Origin: the human T2T-CHM13v2.0 reference genome, Homo sapiens
NCBI RefSeq assembly: GCF_009914755.1
Contig: NC_060930.1
Length of the DNA: 64,000 bases
Reading direction: 5' to 3' (one strand)
Part shown: positions 24,801-39,100 of the stretch, one piece after another
Layout of the letters: each line of letters opens with the position of its first letter
Numbering within the stretch: the first letter of the stretch is position 1
Position numbers and translations under genes: made by a program
Notes under the pieces: generated by a model
What the model was told of the DNA's origin: nothing
The model's input: the letters and a program-made list of their open reading frames with translations, nothing else
Database searches by the model: none

Positions 24801-27800
24801 GCCTATGCTAGAAATGGAAATATCTCCCCATAAAACCAAGACAGAAGCAATCTCAGAAACTAATGTGTGATGGCTGCATTCCACACACACGGTGGACCAT
24901 TTCTCTTGATAGAGCAGTTTTGAAACACTCTTTCTGTAGAATCTGCAAGTGGATAATTGGACCTCCTAGAGGCCTTCGTTGGAAACGGGATTTCTTCATC
25001 TAAACCTAGAGAGAAGAATTCTCAGTAACTTCTTCGGATGTGTGCATTCGACTCACAGAATGGAACATTCCCTTTGATAGAGCAGTTTTGAGACACCGTT
25101 TTTGTAGAATTCCCAAGTGGATATTTAGAGCACTTTGAAGTCTCTGCTAGAAAAGGAAACATCTTCATGTAAAAAGTAGATAGAATCGTTCTCAGAAAGT
25201 GCTTAGTGACGTGTGCGTTCAACTCACAGAGTTTAACGTTTCTTTTGATAGAGCGTTTCTGAAACACCCTTCTTGTAGTAGCTGCAAGTGGATATTTGGA
25301 CCTATTGGAGGCCTTCTTTGGAAATGGGATTTCTTCATGTAACTCTAGATTGAAGAGTTCTCAGAAACTCCTTTGTGATGTGTGCATTCAATTCAAAGAG
25401 TGAAACCTCCCTTTTCACAGAGCAGTTTTGAAACACTGTTTTTGTAGGATTTCCAAGGGGATATTTATAGCGCATTGAGCCTACGGCGGAAAAAGAAACA
25501 TCTTCCTATAAAAACTAGACAGAATACTTCTCAGAATCTGCTTTGCGATGTGTGCGTTCAACTCACAGAGTAAAACTTTTCTTTTGATAGAGCAGTTTTG
25601 AAACACTCTTTTTGTAGTATTTGCATGTGTATATTTAGAGCGCATTGAAGCCCACAGTAGAAAAGGAAATAACTTCACCTAAAACCTAGACAGAAGCAAT
25701 CTCAGAAACTACTTTGTGATGTGTACATTCAACTCACAGAGTGGAACTTTCCTCTTTATAGAGCAGTGTTGAAACACTCTTTTTGTAGAAACTGCAAGTG
25801 GATATTTGGACCTCTTTGAGGCCTTCGTTGGAAACGGGATTTCTTCCTATAACCCTAGACAGAAGAATTTTCAGAAACCTCATTGTGATGTGTGCGTTCA
25901 TCTCACAGAGTGGAGTCTTCCGTTTGATAGAGAAGTTTTGAAACCCTGTTCTTGTAGGATTTCCAAGTGGATATTTAGACCACTTTGAAGCCTATGATAG
26001 AAAAGGAAACATCTTCATGGAAAACATAGATAGAATCATCCTCAGAAACAACTTTGTGATGTGTGCGTTGAACTCACCGTCTTTAACCTTTCTTTTGGTA
26101 GAGAAGTTTTGAAACACTCTCTTTGTAAAGTCTACAAGTGGATATTTTGAGCCCTTGGAGGCATTCTTTGGAAAAGGGAATGTCTTCACATAAAAGGCAG
26201 ACGGAAGTGTTCTCAGAAACTGCTTTGTGATGTCTGTGTTCAACTCACAGAGTTTAACATTTCCTTTGATAGAGCGGTTTAGTAACCCTCTCTTTGTAGA
26301 ATTTGGAAGTGTATACTAAGAGCGCTTTGAGGCCTATGGTAGAAAAGGAAATATCTTTCCATAAAAGCTAGACAGAAGCAATCTCAGAAACTCCTCTGTG
26401 ATGTCTGCATTCAACTCACCGAGTGGAACATTCCTCTTGAGAGAGCAGTTTGGAAACACTCTTTCTGTAGAATCAGCTTGTTTGTATTTGGACCTCCTTG
26501 AGGCCTTCGTTGGAAACGGGTTTTCATCTTATAAACCCAGACAGAAGAATTCTCAGAGTCTTCTTTGTGATGTGTGCTTTCAACTCACCGAGATAAAGAT
26601 TTCTCTTGATAGAGCAATTTGGAAACACTCTTTTTGTAGAATTTGCAAGGGTACATTGAGAGCGCTTTCAGGCCTATGGTAGAAAAGGGAATATCTTTCC
26701 ATAAAAGGTAGACAGAAGCAATCTCAGAAACTACTTTGTGATGTGTGCATTCAACTCACCGAGTGCAACGTTCCTCTTGACCGAGCAGTTTGGAAACATT
26801 GTTTCTGTAGAATCTGCAAGTGGATATTTGGACCTCTTTGAGGCCTTCGTTGGAAACGGGATTTCTTCCTATAAACCCAGACAGAAGAATTCTCAGAGAC
26901 TTCTTTGTGATGTGTGAATTCAACTCACAGTGTGGATCCTTCCTTTTGATAGAGCAGTTTTGAAACCCTGTTTTTGTAGTATTTCCAAGCGGATATTTGG
27001 AACGCCTTGAAGCGTATGGTAGAAAAGGAAATATCTTCCCATAAAACCTAGACAGAACCAATCTCAGAAACGACTTTGTGATGTCTGCATTCAACTCACA
27101 GAGTTGAACATTTCTCTTGATAGAGCAGTTTTGAAACCCTCTTTCTGAAGGATCTGCAAGTGGATATTTGGAACTCCTTTGGGTCTTCGTTGGAAACGGG
27201 ATTTCTTCGTATAAATCTAGACAGAAGAATTCTCCGAAACTTCTTTGGTTGTGTGCATTCAAGTCACAGAGTGGAACCTTCCTTTGGATAGAGCAGTTTG
27301 AAACGCCGTGGTTGTAGTATTTCCAAGCGGATATTAGAGCGCCTTGAGGCCTATGGTAGAAAAGGAAATATCTTCCCATAAAACCTAGACGGAAGCAATC
27401 TCAGAAACTACTGTGTGATGGCTGCATTCCACACACACGGTGGAACATTTCTCTTGATAGAGCAGTTTTGAAACACTCTTTCTGTAGAATCTGCAAGTGG
27501 ATAATTGGACCGCCTTGAGGCCTTCGTTGGAAACGGGATTTCTTCATGTTACTCTAGATAGAAGAATTCTCAAACACTGCTATGTGATGTTTGCATTCAA
27601 GTCACAGAGTGCAACATTCCTCTTGGTAGAGCAGTTGGGAAACACTCCTTTTGTAGAATCTGCAATGGGATATTTGGACTTCTTTGAGGCCTTCGTTGGA
27701 AACGGGATTTCTTCGTATGAATCTAGACAGAAGAATTCTCAGAAACTTCCTTGTGATGTGTGCATTCAACTCAGCGAGTGGCACCTTCCTTTGGATACAG

Positions 27801-28040
27801 CAGTTTTGAAACACTGTTTTTGTAGTATTTCCAAGCGGATATTTAGAGCGCCTTGAAGCCTATGCTAGAAATGGAAATATCTCCCCATAAAACCAAGACA
27901 GAAGCAATCTCAGAAACTAATGTGTGATGGCTGCATTCCACACACACGGTGGACCATTTCTCTTGATAGAGCAGTTTTGAAACACTCTTTCTGTAGAATC
28001 TGCAAGTGGATAATTGGACCTCCTAGAGGCCTTCGTTGGA
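15813..28040 (+). repeat. HOR units U7-U10, four tandem 18-mers (starts 15813, 18870, 21927, 24984)
   Basis: Marker spacings 15851->18908->21965->25022->28079, each 3057. Confidence 0.95.
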
Positions 28041-30591
28041 AACGGGATTTCTTCATCTAAACCTACAGAGAAGAATTCTCAGTAACTTCTTCGGATGTGT
28101 GCATTCGACTCACAGAATGGAACATTCCCTTTGATAGAGCAGTTTTGAGACACCGTTTTTGTAGAATTCCCAAGTGGATATTTAGAGCACTTTGAAGTCT
28201 CTGCTAGAAAAGGAAACATCTTCATGTAAAAAGTAGATAGAATCGTTCTCAGAAAGTGCTTAGTGACGTGTGCGTTCAACTCACAGAGTTTAACGTTTCT
28301 TTTGATAGAGCGTTTCTGAAACACCCTTCTTGTAGTAGCTGCAAGTGGATATTTGGACCTATTGGAGGCCTTCTTTGGAAATGGGATTTCTTCATGTAAC
28401 TCTAGATTGAAGAGTTCTCAGAAACTCCTTTGTGATGTGTGCATTCAATTCAAAGAGTGAAACCTCCCTTTTCACAGAGCAGTTTTGAAACACTGTTTTT
28501 GTAGGATTTCCAAGGGGATATTTATAGCGCATTGAGCCTACGGCGGAAAAAGAAACATCTTCCTATAAAAACTAGACAGAATACTTCTCAGAATCTGCTT
28601 TGCGATGTGTGCGTTCAACTCACAGAGTAAAACTTTTCTTTTGATAGAGCAGTTTTGAAACACTCTTTTTGTAGTATTTGCATGTGTATATTTAGAGCGC
28701 ATTGAAGCCCACAGTAGAAAAGGAAATAACTTCACCTAAAACCTAGACAGAAGCAATCACAGAAACTACTTTGTGATGTGTACATTCAACTCACAGAGTG
28801 GAACTTTCCTCTTTATAGAGCAGTGTTGAAACACTCTTTTTGTAGAAACTGCAAGTGGATATTTGGACCTCTTTGAGGCCTTCGTTGGAAACGGGATTTC
28901 TTCCTATAACCCTAGACAGAAGAATTTTCAGAAACCTCATTGTGATGTGTGCGTTCATCTCACAGAGTGGAGTCTTCCGTTTGATAGAGAAGTTTTGAAA
29001 CCCTGTTCTTGTAGGATTTCCAAGTGGATATTTAGACCACTTTGAAGCCTATGATAGAAAAGGAAACATCTTCATGGAAAACATAGATAGAATCATCCTC
29101 AGAAACAACTTTGTGATGTGTGCGTTGAACTCACCGTCTTTAACCTTTCTTTTGGTAGAGAAGTTTTGAAACACTCTCTTTGTAAAGTCTACAAGTGGAT
29201 ATTTTGAGCCCTTGGAGGCATTCTTTGGAAAAGGGAATGTCTTCACATAAAAGGCAGACGGAAGTGTTCTCAGAAACTGCTTTGTGATGTCTGTGTTCAA
29301 CTCACAGAGTTTAACATTTCCTTTGATAGAGCGGTTTAGTAACCCTCTCTTTGTAGAATTTGGAAGTGTATACTAAGAGCGCTTTGAGGCCTATGGTAGA
29401 AAAGGAAATATCTTTCCATAAAAGCTAGACAGAAGCAATCTCAGAAACTCCTCTGTGATGTCTGCATTCAACTCACCGAGTGGAACATTCCTCTTGAGAG
29501 AGCAGTTTGGAAACACTCTTTCTGTAGAATCAGCTTGTTTGTATTTGGACCTCCTTGAGGCCTTCGTTGGAAACGGGTTTTCATCTTATAAACCCAGACA
29601 GAAGAATTCTCAGAGTCTTCTTTGTGATGTGTGCTTTCAACTCACCGAGATAAAGATTTCTCTTGATAGAGCAATTTGGAAACACTCTTTTTGTAGAATT
29701 TGCAAGGGTACATTGAGAGCGTTTTCAGGCCTATGGTAGAAAAGGGAATATCTTTCCATAAAAGGTAGACAGAAGCAATCTCAGAAACTACTTTGTGACG
29801 TGTGCATTCAACTCACCGAGTGCAACGTTCCTCTTGACCGAGCAGTTTGGAAACATTGTTTCTGTAGAATCTGCAAGTGGATATTTGGACCTCTTTGAGG
29901 CCTTCGTTGGAAACGGGATTTCTTCCTATAAACCCAGACAGAAGAATTCTCAGAGACTTCTTTGTGATGTGTGAATTCAACTCACAGTGTGGATCCTTCC
30001 TTTTGATAGAGCAGTTTTGAAACCCTGTTTTTGTAGTATTTCCAAGCGGATATTTGGAACGCCTTGAAGCGTATGGTAGAAAAGGAAATATCTTCCCATA
30101 AAACCTAGACAGAACCAATCTCAGAAACGACTTTGTGATGTCTGCATTCAAGTCACAGAGTTGAACATTTCTCTTGATAGAGCAGTTTTGAAACCCTCTT
30201 TCTGAAGGATCTGCAAGTGGATATTTGGAACTCCTTTGGGTCTTCGTTGGAAACGGGATTTCTTCGTATAAATCTAGACAGAAGAATTCTCAGAAACTTC
30301 CTTGTGATGAGTGCATTCAACTCAGCGAGTGGCACCTTCCTTTGGATACAGCAGTTTTGAAACACTGTTTTTGTAGTATTTCCAAGCGGATATTTAGAGC
30401 GCCTTGAAGCCTATGCTAGAAATGGAAATATCTCCCCATAAAACCAAGACGGAAGCAATCTCAGAAACTAATGTGTGATGGCTGCATTCCACACACACGG
30501 TGGACCATTTCTCTTGATAGAGCAGTTTTGAAACACTCTTTCTGTAGAATCTGCAAGTGGATAATTGGACCTCCTAGAGGCCTTCGTTGGA
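28041..30591 (+). repeat. HOR unit U11, 15-mer
   Basis: Marker spacing 28079->30630 = 2551. Confidence 0.95.
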
Positions 30592-33500
30592 AACGGGATT
30601 TCTTCATCTAAACCTACAGAGAAGTATTCTCAGTAACTTCTTCGGATGTGTGCATTCGACGCACAGAATGGAACATTCCCTTTGATAGAGCAGTTTTGAG
30701 ACACCGTTTTTGTAGAATTCCCAAGTGGATATTTAGAGCACTTTGAAGTCTCTGCTAGAAAAGGAAACATCTTCATGTAAAAAGTAGATAGAATCGTTCT
30801 CAGAAAGTGCTTAGTGACGTGTGCGTTCAACTCACAGAGTTTAACGTTTCTTTTGATAGAGCGTTTCTGAAACACCCTTCTTGTAGTAGCTGCAAGTGGA
30901 TATTTGGACCTATTGGAGGCCTTCTTTGGAAATGGGATTTCTTCATGTAACTCTAGATTGAAGAATTCTCAGAAACTCCTTTGTGATGTGTGCATTCAAT
31001 TCAAAGAGTGAAACCTCTCTTTTCACAGAGCAGTTTTGAAACACTGTTTTTGTAGGATTTCCAAGGGGATATTTATAGCGCATTGAGCCTACGGCGGAAA
31101 AAGAAACATCTTCCTATAAAAACTAGACAGAATACTTCTCAGAATCTGCTTTGCGATGTGTGCGTTCAACTCACAGAGTAAAACTTTTCTTTTGATAGAG
31201 CAGTTTTGAAACACTCTTTTTGTAGTATTTGCATGTGTATATTTAGAGCGCATTGAAGCCCACAGTAGAAAAGGAAATAACTTCACCTAAAACCTAGACA
31301 GAAGCAATCTCAGAAACTACTTTGTGATGTGTACATTCAACTCACAGAGTGGAACTTTCCTCTTTATAGAGCAGTGTTGAAACACTCTTTTTGTAGAAAC
31401 TGCAAGTGGATATTTGGACCTCTTTGAGGCCTTCGTTGGAAACGGGATTTCTTCCTATAACCCTAGACAGAAGAATTTTCAGAAACCTCATTGTGATGTG
31501 TGCGTTCATCTCACAGAGTGGAGTCTTCCGTTTGATAGAGAAGTTTTGAAACCCTGTTCTTGTAGGATTTCCAAGTGGATATTTAGACCACTTTGAAGCC
31601 TATGATAGAAAAGGAAACATCTTCATGGAAAACATAGATAGAATCATCCTCAGAAACAACTTTGTGATGTGTGCGTTGAACTCACCGTCTTTAACCTTTC
31701 TTTTGGTAGAGAAGTTTTGAAACACTCTCTTTGTAAAGTCTACAAGTGGATATTTTGAGCCCTTGGAGGCATTCTTTGGAAAAGGGAATGTCTTCACATA
31801 AAAGGCAGACGGAAGTGTTCTCAGAAACTGCTTTGTGATGTCTGTGTTCAACTCACAGAGTTTAACATTTCCTTTGATAGAGCGGTTTAGTAACCCTCTC
31901 TTTGTAGAATTTGGAAGTGTATACTAAGAGCGCTTTGAGGCCTATGGTAGAAAAGGAAATATCTTTCCATAAAAGCTAGACAGAAGCAATCTCAGAAACT
32001 CCTCTGTGATGTCTGCATTCAACTCACCGAGTGGAACATTCCTCTTGAGAGAGCAGTTTGGAAACACTCTTTCTGTAGAATCAGCTTGTTTGTATTTGGA
32101 CCTCCTTGAGGCCTTCGTTGGAAACGGGTTTTCATCTTATAAACCCAGACAGAAGAATTCTCAGAGTCTTCTTTGTGATGTGTGCTTTCAACTCACCGAG
32201 ATAAAGATTTCTCTTGATAGAGCAATTTGGAAACACTCTTTTTGTAGAATTTGCAAGGGTACATTGAGAGCGTTTTCAGGCCTATGGTAGAAAAGGGAAT
32301 ATCTTTCCATAAAAGGTAGACAGAAGCAATCTCAGAAACTACTTTGTGATGTGTGCATTCAACTCACCGAGTGCAACGTTCCTCTTGACCGAGCAGTTTG
32401 GAAACATTGTTTCTGTAGAATCTGCAAGTGGATATTTGGACCTCTTTGAGGCCTTCGTTGGAAACGGGATTTCTTCCTATAACCCCAGACAGAAGAATTC
32501 TCAGAGACTTCTTTGTGATGTGTGAATTCAACTCACAGTGTGGATCCTTCCTTTTGATAGAGCAGTTTTGAAACCCTGTTTTTGTAGTATTTCCAAGCGG
32601 ATATTTGGAACGCCTTGAAGCGTATGGTAGAAAAGGAAATATCTTCCCATAAAACCTAGACAGAACCAATCTCAGAAACGACTTTGTGATGTCTGCATTC
32701 AAGTCACAGAGTTGAACATTTCTCTTGATAGAGCAGTTTTGAAACCCTCTTTCTGAAGGATCTGCAAGTGGATATTTGGAACTCCTTTGGGTCTTCGTTG
32801 GAAACGGGATTTCTTCGTATAAATCTAGACAGAAGAATTCTCCGAAACTTCTTTGGTTGTGTGCATTCAAGTCACAGAGTGGAACCTTCCTTTTGATAGA
32901 GCAGTTTGAAACGCCGTGGTTGTAGTATTTCCAAGCGGATATTAGAGCGCCTTGAGGCCTATAGTAGAAAAGGAAATATCTTCCCATAAAACCTAGACGG
33001 AAGCAATCTCAGAAACTACTGTGTGATGGCTGCATTCCACACACACGGTGGAACATTTCTCTTGATAGAGCAGTTTTGAAACACTCTTTCTGTAGAATCT
33101 GCAAGTGGATAATTGGACCGCCTTGAGGCCTTCGTTGGAAACGGGATTTCTTCATGTTACTCTAGATAGAAGAATTCTCAAACACTGCTATGTGATGTTT
33201 GCATTCAAGTCACAGAGTGCAACATTCCTCTTGGTAGAGCAGTTGGGAAACACTCCTTTTGTAGAATCTGCAATGGGATATTTGGACTTCTTTGAGGCCT
33301 TCGTTGGAAACGGGATTTCTTCGTATGAATCTAGACAGAAGAATTCTCAGAAACTTCCTTGTGATGTGTGCATTCAACTCAGCGAGTGGCACCTTCCTTT
33401 GGATACAGCAGTTTTGAAACACTGTTTTTGTAGTATTTCCAAGCGGATATTTAGAGCGCCTTGAAGCCTATGCTAGAAATGGAAATATCTCCCCATAAAA

Positions 33501-33648
33501 CCAAGACGGAAGCAATCTCAGAAACTAATGTGTGATGGCTGCATTCCACACACACGGTGGACCATTTCTCTTGATAGAGCAGTTTTGAAACACTCTTTCT
33601 GTAGAATCTGCAAGTGGATAATTGGACCTCCTAGAGGCCTTCGTTGGA
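30592..33648 (+). repeat. HOR unit U12, 18-mer
   Basis: Marker spacing 30630->33687 = 3057. Confidence 0.95.
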
Positions 33649-36199
33649 AACGGGATTTCTTCATCTAAACCTACAGAGAAGAATTCTCAGTAACTTCTTC
33701 GGATGTGTGCATTCGACTCACAGAATGGAACATTCCCTTTGATAGAGCAGTTTTGAGACACCGTTTTTGTAGAATTCCCAAGTGGATATTTAGAGCACTT
33801 TGAAGTCTCTGCTAGAAAAGGAAACATCTTCATGTAAAAAGTAGATAGAATCGTTCTCAGAAAGTGCTTAGTGACGTGTGCGTTCAACTCACAGAGTTTA
33901 ACGTTTCTTTTGATAGAGCGTTTCTGAAACACCCTTCTTGTAGTAGCTGCAAGTGGATATTTGGACCTATTGGAGGCCTTCTTTGGAAATGGGATTTCTT
34001 CATGTAACTCTAGATTGAAGAGTTCTCAGAAACTCCTTTGTGATGTGTGCATTCAATTCAAAGAGTGAAACCTCCCTTTTCACAGAGCAGTTTTGAAACA
34101 CTGTTTTTGTAGGATTTCCAAGGGGATATTTATAGCGCATTGAGCCTACGGCGGAAAAAGAAACATCTTCCTATAAAAACTAGACAGAATACTTCTCAGA
34201 ATCTGCTTTGCGATGTGTGCGTTCAACTCACAGAGTAAAACTTTTCTTTTGATAGAGCAGTTTTGAAACACTCTTTTTGTAGTATTTGCATGTGTATATT
34301 TAGAGCGCATTGAAGCCCACAGTAGAAAAGGAAATAACTTCACCTAAAACCTAGACAGAAGCAATCACAGAAACTACTTTGTGATGTGTACATTCAACTC
34401 ACAGAGTGGAACTTTCCTCTTTATAGAGCAGTGTTGAAACACTCTTTTTGTAGAAACTGCAAGTGGATATTTGGACCTCTTTGAGGCCTTCGTTGGAAAC
34501 GGGATTTCTTCCTATAACCCTAGACAGAAGAATTTTCAGAAACCTCATTGTGATGTGTGCGTTCATCTCACAGAGTGGAGTCTTCCGTTTGATAGAGAAG
34601 TTTTGAAACCCTGTTCTTGTAGGATTTCCAAGTGGATATTTAGACCACTTTGAAGCCTATGATAGAAAAGGAAACATCTTCATGGAAAACATAGATAGAA
34701 TCATCCTCAGAAACAACTTTGTGATGTGTGCGTTGAACTCACCGTCTTTAACCTTTCTTTTGGTAGAGAAGTTTTGAAACACTCTCTTTGTAAAGTCTAC
34801 AAGTGGATATTTTGAGCCCTTGGAGGCATTCTTTGGAAAAGGGAATGTCTTCACATAAAAGGCAGACGGAAGTGTTCTCAGAAACTGCTTTGTGATGTCT
34901 GTGTTCAACTCACAGAGTTTAACATTTCCTTTGATAGAGCGGTTTAGTAACCCTCTCTTTGTAGAATTTGGAAGTGTATACTAAGAGCGCTTTGAGGCCT
35001 ATGGTAGAAAAGGAAATATCTTTCCATAAAAGCTAGACAGAAGCAATCTCAGAAACTCCTCTGTGATGTCTGCATTCAACTCACCGAGTGGAACATTCCT
35101 CTTGAGAGAGCAGTTTGGAAACACTCTTTCTGTAGAATCAGCTTGTTTGTATTTGGACCTCCTTGAGGCCTTCGTTGGAAACGGGTTTTCATCTTATAAA
35201 CCCAGACAGAAGAATTCTCAGAGTCTTCTTTGTGATGTGTGCTTTCAACTCACCGAGATAAAGATTTCTCTTGATAGAGCAATTTGGAAACACTCTTTTT
35301 GTAGAATTTGCAAGGGTACATTGAGAGCGCTTTCAGGCCTATGGTAGAAAAGGGAATATCTTTCCATAAAAGGTAGACAGAAGCAATCTCAGAAACTACT
35401 TTGTGATGTGTGCATTCAACTCACCGAGTGCAACGTTCCTCTTGACCGAGCAGTTTGGAAACATTGTTTCTGTAGAATCTGCAAGTGGATATTTGGACCT
35501 CTTTGAGGCCTTCGTTGGAAACGGGATTTCTTCCTATAAACCCAGACAGAAGAATTCTCAGAGACTTCTTTGTGATGTGTGAATTCAACTCACAGTGTGG
35601 ATCCTTCCTTTTGATAGAGCAGTTTTGAAACCCTGTTTTTGTAGTATTTCCAAGCGGATATTTGGAACGCCTTGAAGCGTATGGTAGAAAAGGAAATATC
35701 TTCCCATAAAACCTAGACAGAACCAATCTCAGAAACGACTTTGTGATGTCTGCATTCAAGTCACAGAGTTGAACATTTCTCTTGATAGAGCAGTTTTGAA
35801 ACCCTCTTTCTGAAGGATCTGCAAGTGGATATTTGGAACTCCTTTGGGTCTTCGTTGGAAACGGGATTTCTTCGTATAAATCTAGACAGAAGAATTCTCA
35901 GAAACTTCCTTGTGATGTGTGCATTCAACTCAGCGAGTGGCACCTTCCTTTGGATACAGCAGTTTTGAAACACTGTTTTTGTAGTATTTCCAAGCGGATA
36001 TTTAGAGCACCTTGAAGCCTATGCTAGAAATGGAAATATCTCCCCATAAAACCAAGACAGAAGCAATCTCAGAAACTAATGTGTGATGGCTGCATTCCAC
36101 ACACACGGTGGACCATTTCTCTTGATAGAGCAGTTTTGAAACACTCTTTCTGTAGAATCTGCAAGTGGATAATTGGACCTCCTAGAGGCCTTCGTTGGA
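33649..36199 (+). repeat. HOR unit U13, 15-mer
   Basis: Marker spacing 33687->36238 = 2551. Confidence 0.95.
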
Positions 36200-39100
36200 A
36201 ACGGGATTTCTTCATCTAAACCTACAGAGAAGTATTCTCAGTAACTTCTTCGGATGTGTGCATTCGACGCACAGAATGGAACATTCCCTTTGATAGAGCA
36301 GTTTTGAGACACCGTTTTTGTAGAATTCCCAAGTGGATATTTAGAGCACTTTGAAGTCTCTGCTAGAAAAGGAAACATCTTCATGTAAAAAGTAGATAGA
36401 ATCGTTCTCAGAAAGTGCTTAGTGTCGTGTGCGTTCAACTCACAGAGTTTAACGTTTCTTTTGATAGAGCGTTTCTGAAACACCCTTCTTGTAGTAGCTG
36501 CAAGTGGATATTTGGACCTATTGGAGGCCTTCTTTGGAAATGGGATTTCTTCATGTAACTCTAGAGTGAAGAATTCTCAGAAACTCCTTTGTGATGTGTG
36601 CATTCAATTCAAAGAGTGAAACCTCTCTTTTCACAGAGCAGTTTTGAAACACTGTTTTTGTAGGATTTCCAAGGGGATATTTATAGCGCATTGAGCCTAC
36701 GGCGGAAAAAGAAACATCTTCCTATAAAAACTAGACAGAATACTTCTCAGAATCTGCTTTGCGATGTGTGCGTTCAACTCACAGAGTAAAACTTTTCTTT
36801 TGATAGAGCAGTTTTGAAACACTCTTTTTGTAGTATTTGCATGTGTATATTTAGAGCGCATTGAAGCCCACAGTAGAAAAGGAAATAACTTCACCTAAAA
36901 CCTAGACAGAAGCAATCTCAGAAACTACTTTGTGATGTGTACATTCAACTCACAGAGTGGAACTTTCCTCTTTATAGAGCAGTGTTGAAACACTCTTTTT
37001 GTAGAAACTGCAAGTGGATATTTGGACCTCTTTGAGGCCTTCGTTGGAAACGGGATTTCTTCCTATAACCCTAGACAGAAGAATTTTCAGAAACCTCATT
37101 GTGATGTGTGCGTTCATCTCACAGAGTGGAGTCTTCCGTTTGATAGAGAAGTTTTGAAACCCTGTTCTTGTAGGATTTCCAAGTGGATATTTAGACCACT
37201 TTGAAGCCTATGATAGAAAAGGAAACATCTTCATGGAAAACATAGATAGAATCATCCTCAGAAACAACTTTGTGATGTGTGCGTTGAACTCACCGTCTTT
37301 AACCTTTCTTTTGGTAGAGAAGTTTTGAAACACTCTCTTTGTAAAGTCTACAAGTGGATATTTTGAGCCCTTGGAGGCATTCTTTGGAAAAGGGAATGTC
37401 TTCACATAAAAGGCAGACGGAAGTGTTCTCAGAAACTGCTTTGTGATGTCTGTGTTCAACTCACAGAGTTTAACATTTCCTTTGATAGAGCGGTTTAGTA
37501 ACCCTCTCTTTGTAGAATTTGGAAGTGTATACTAAGAGCGCTTTGAGGCCTATGGTAGAAAAGGAAATATCTTTCCATAAAAGCTAGACAGAAGCAATCT
37601 CAGAAACTCCTCTGTGATGTCTGCATTCAACTCACCGAGTGGAACATTCCTCTTGAGAGAGCAGTTTGGAAACACTCTTTCTGTAGAATCAGCTTGTTTG
37701 TATTTGGACCTCCTTGAGGCCTTCGTTGGAAACGGGTTTTCATCTTATAAACCCAGACAGAAGAATTCTCAGAGTCTTCTTTGTGATGTGTGCTTTCAAC
37801 TCACCGAGATAAAGATTTCTCTTGATAGAGCAATTTGGAAACACTCTTTTTGTAGAATTTGCAAGGGTACATTGAGAGCGCTTTCAGGCCTATGGTAGAA
37901 AAGGGAATATCTTTCCATAAAAGGTAGACAGAAGCAATCTCAGAAACTACTTTGTGATGTGTGCATTCAACTCACCGAGTGCAACGTTCCTCTTGACCGA
38001 GCAGTTTGGAAACATTGTTTCTGTAGAATCTGCAAGTGGATATTTGGACCTCTTTGAGGCCTTCGTTGGAAACGGGATTTCTTCCTATAAACCCAGACAG
38101 AAGAATTCTCAGAGACTTCTTTGTGATGTGTGAATTCAACTCACAGTGTGGATCCTTCCTTTTGATAGAGCAGTTTTGAAACCCTGTTTTTGTAGTATTT
38201 CCAAGCGGATATTTGGAACGCCTTGAAGCGTATGGTAGAAAAGGAAATATCTTCCCATAAAACCTAGACAGAACCAATCTCAGAAACGACTTTGTGATGT
38301 CTGCATTCAAGTCACAGAGTTGAACATTTCTCTTGATAGAGCAGTTTTGAAACCCTCTTTCTGAAGGATCTGCAAGTGGATATTTGGAACTCCTTTGGGT
38401 CTTCGTTGGAAACGGGATTTCTTCGTATAAATCTAGACAGAAGAATTCTCCGAAACTTCTTTGGTTGTGTGCTTTCAAGTCACAGAGTGGAACCTTCCTT
38501 TGGATAGAGCAGTTTGAAACGCCGTGGTTGTAGTATTTCCAAGCGGATATTAGAGCGCCTTGAGGCCTATGGTAGAAAAGGAAATATCTTCCCATAAAAC
38601 CTAGACGGAAGCAATCTCAGAAACTACTGTGTGATGGCTGCATTCCACACACACGGTGGAACATTTCTCTTGATAGAGCAGTTTTGAAACACTCTTTCTG
38701 TAGAATCTGCAAGTGGATAATTGGACCGCCTTGAGGCCTTCGTTGGAAACGGGATTTCTTCATGTTACTCTAGATAGAAGAATTCTCAAACACTGCTATG
38801 TGATGTTTGCATTCAAGTCACAGAGTGCAACATTCCTCTTGGTAGAGCAGTTGGGAAACACTCCTTTTGTAGAATCTGCAATGGGATATTTGGACTTCTT
38901 TGAGGCCTTCGTTGGAAACGGGATTTCTTCGTATGAATCTAGACAGAAGAATTCTCAGAAACTTCCTTGTGATGTGTGCATTCAACTCAGCGAGTGGCAC
39001 CTTCCTTTGGATACAGCAGTTTTGAAACACTGTTTTTGTAGTATTTCCAAGCGGATATTTAGAGCACCTTGAAGCCTATGCTAGAAATGGAAATATCTCC

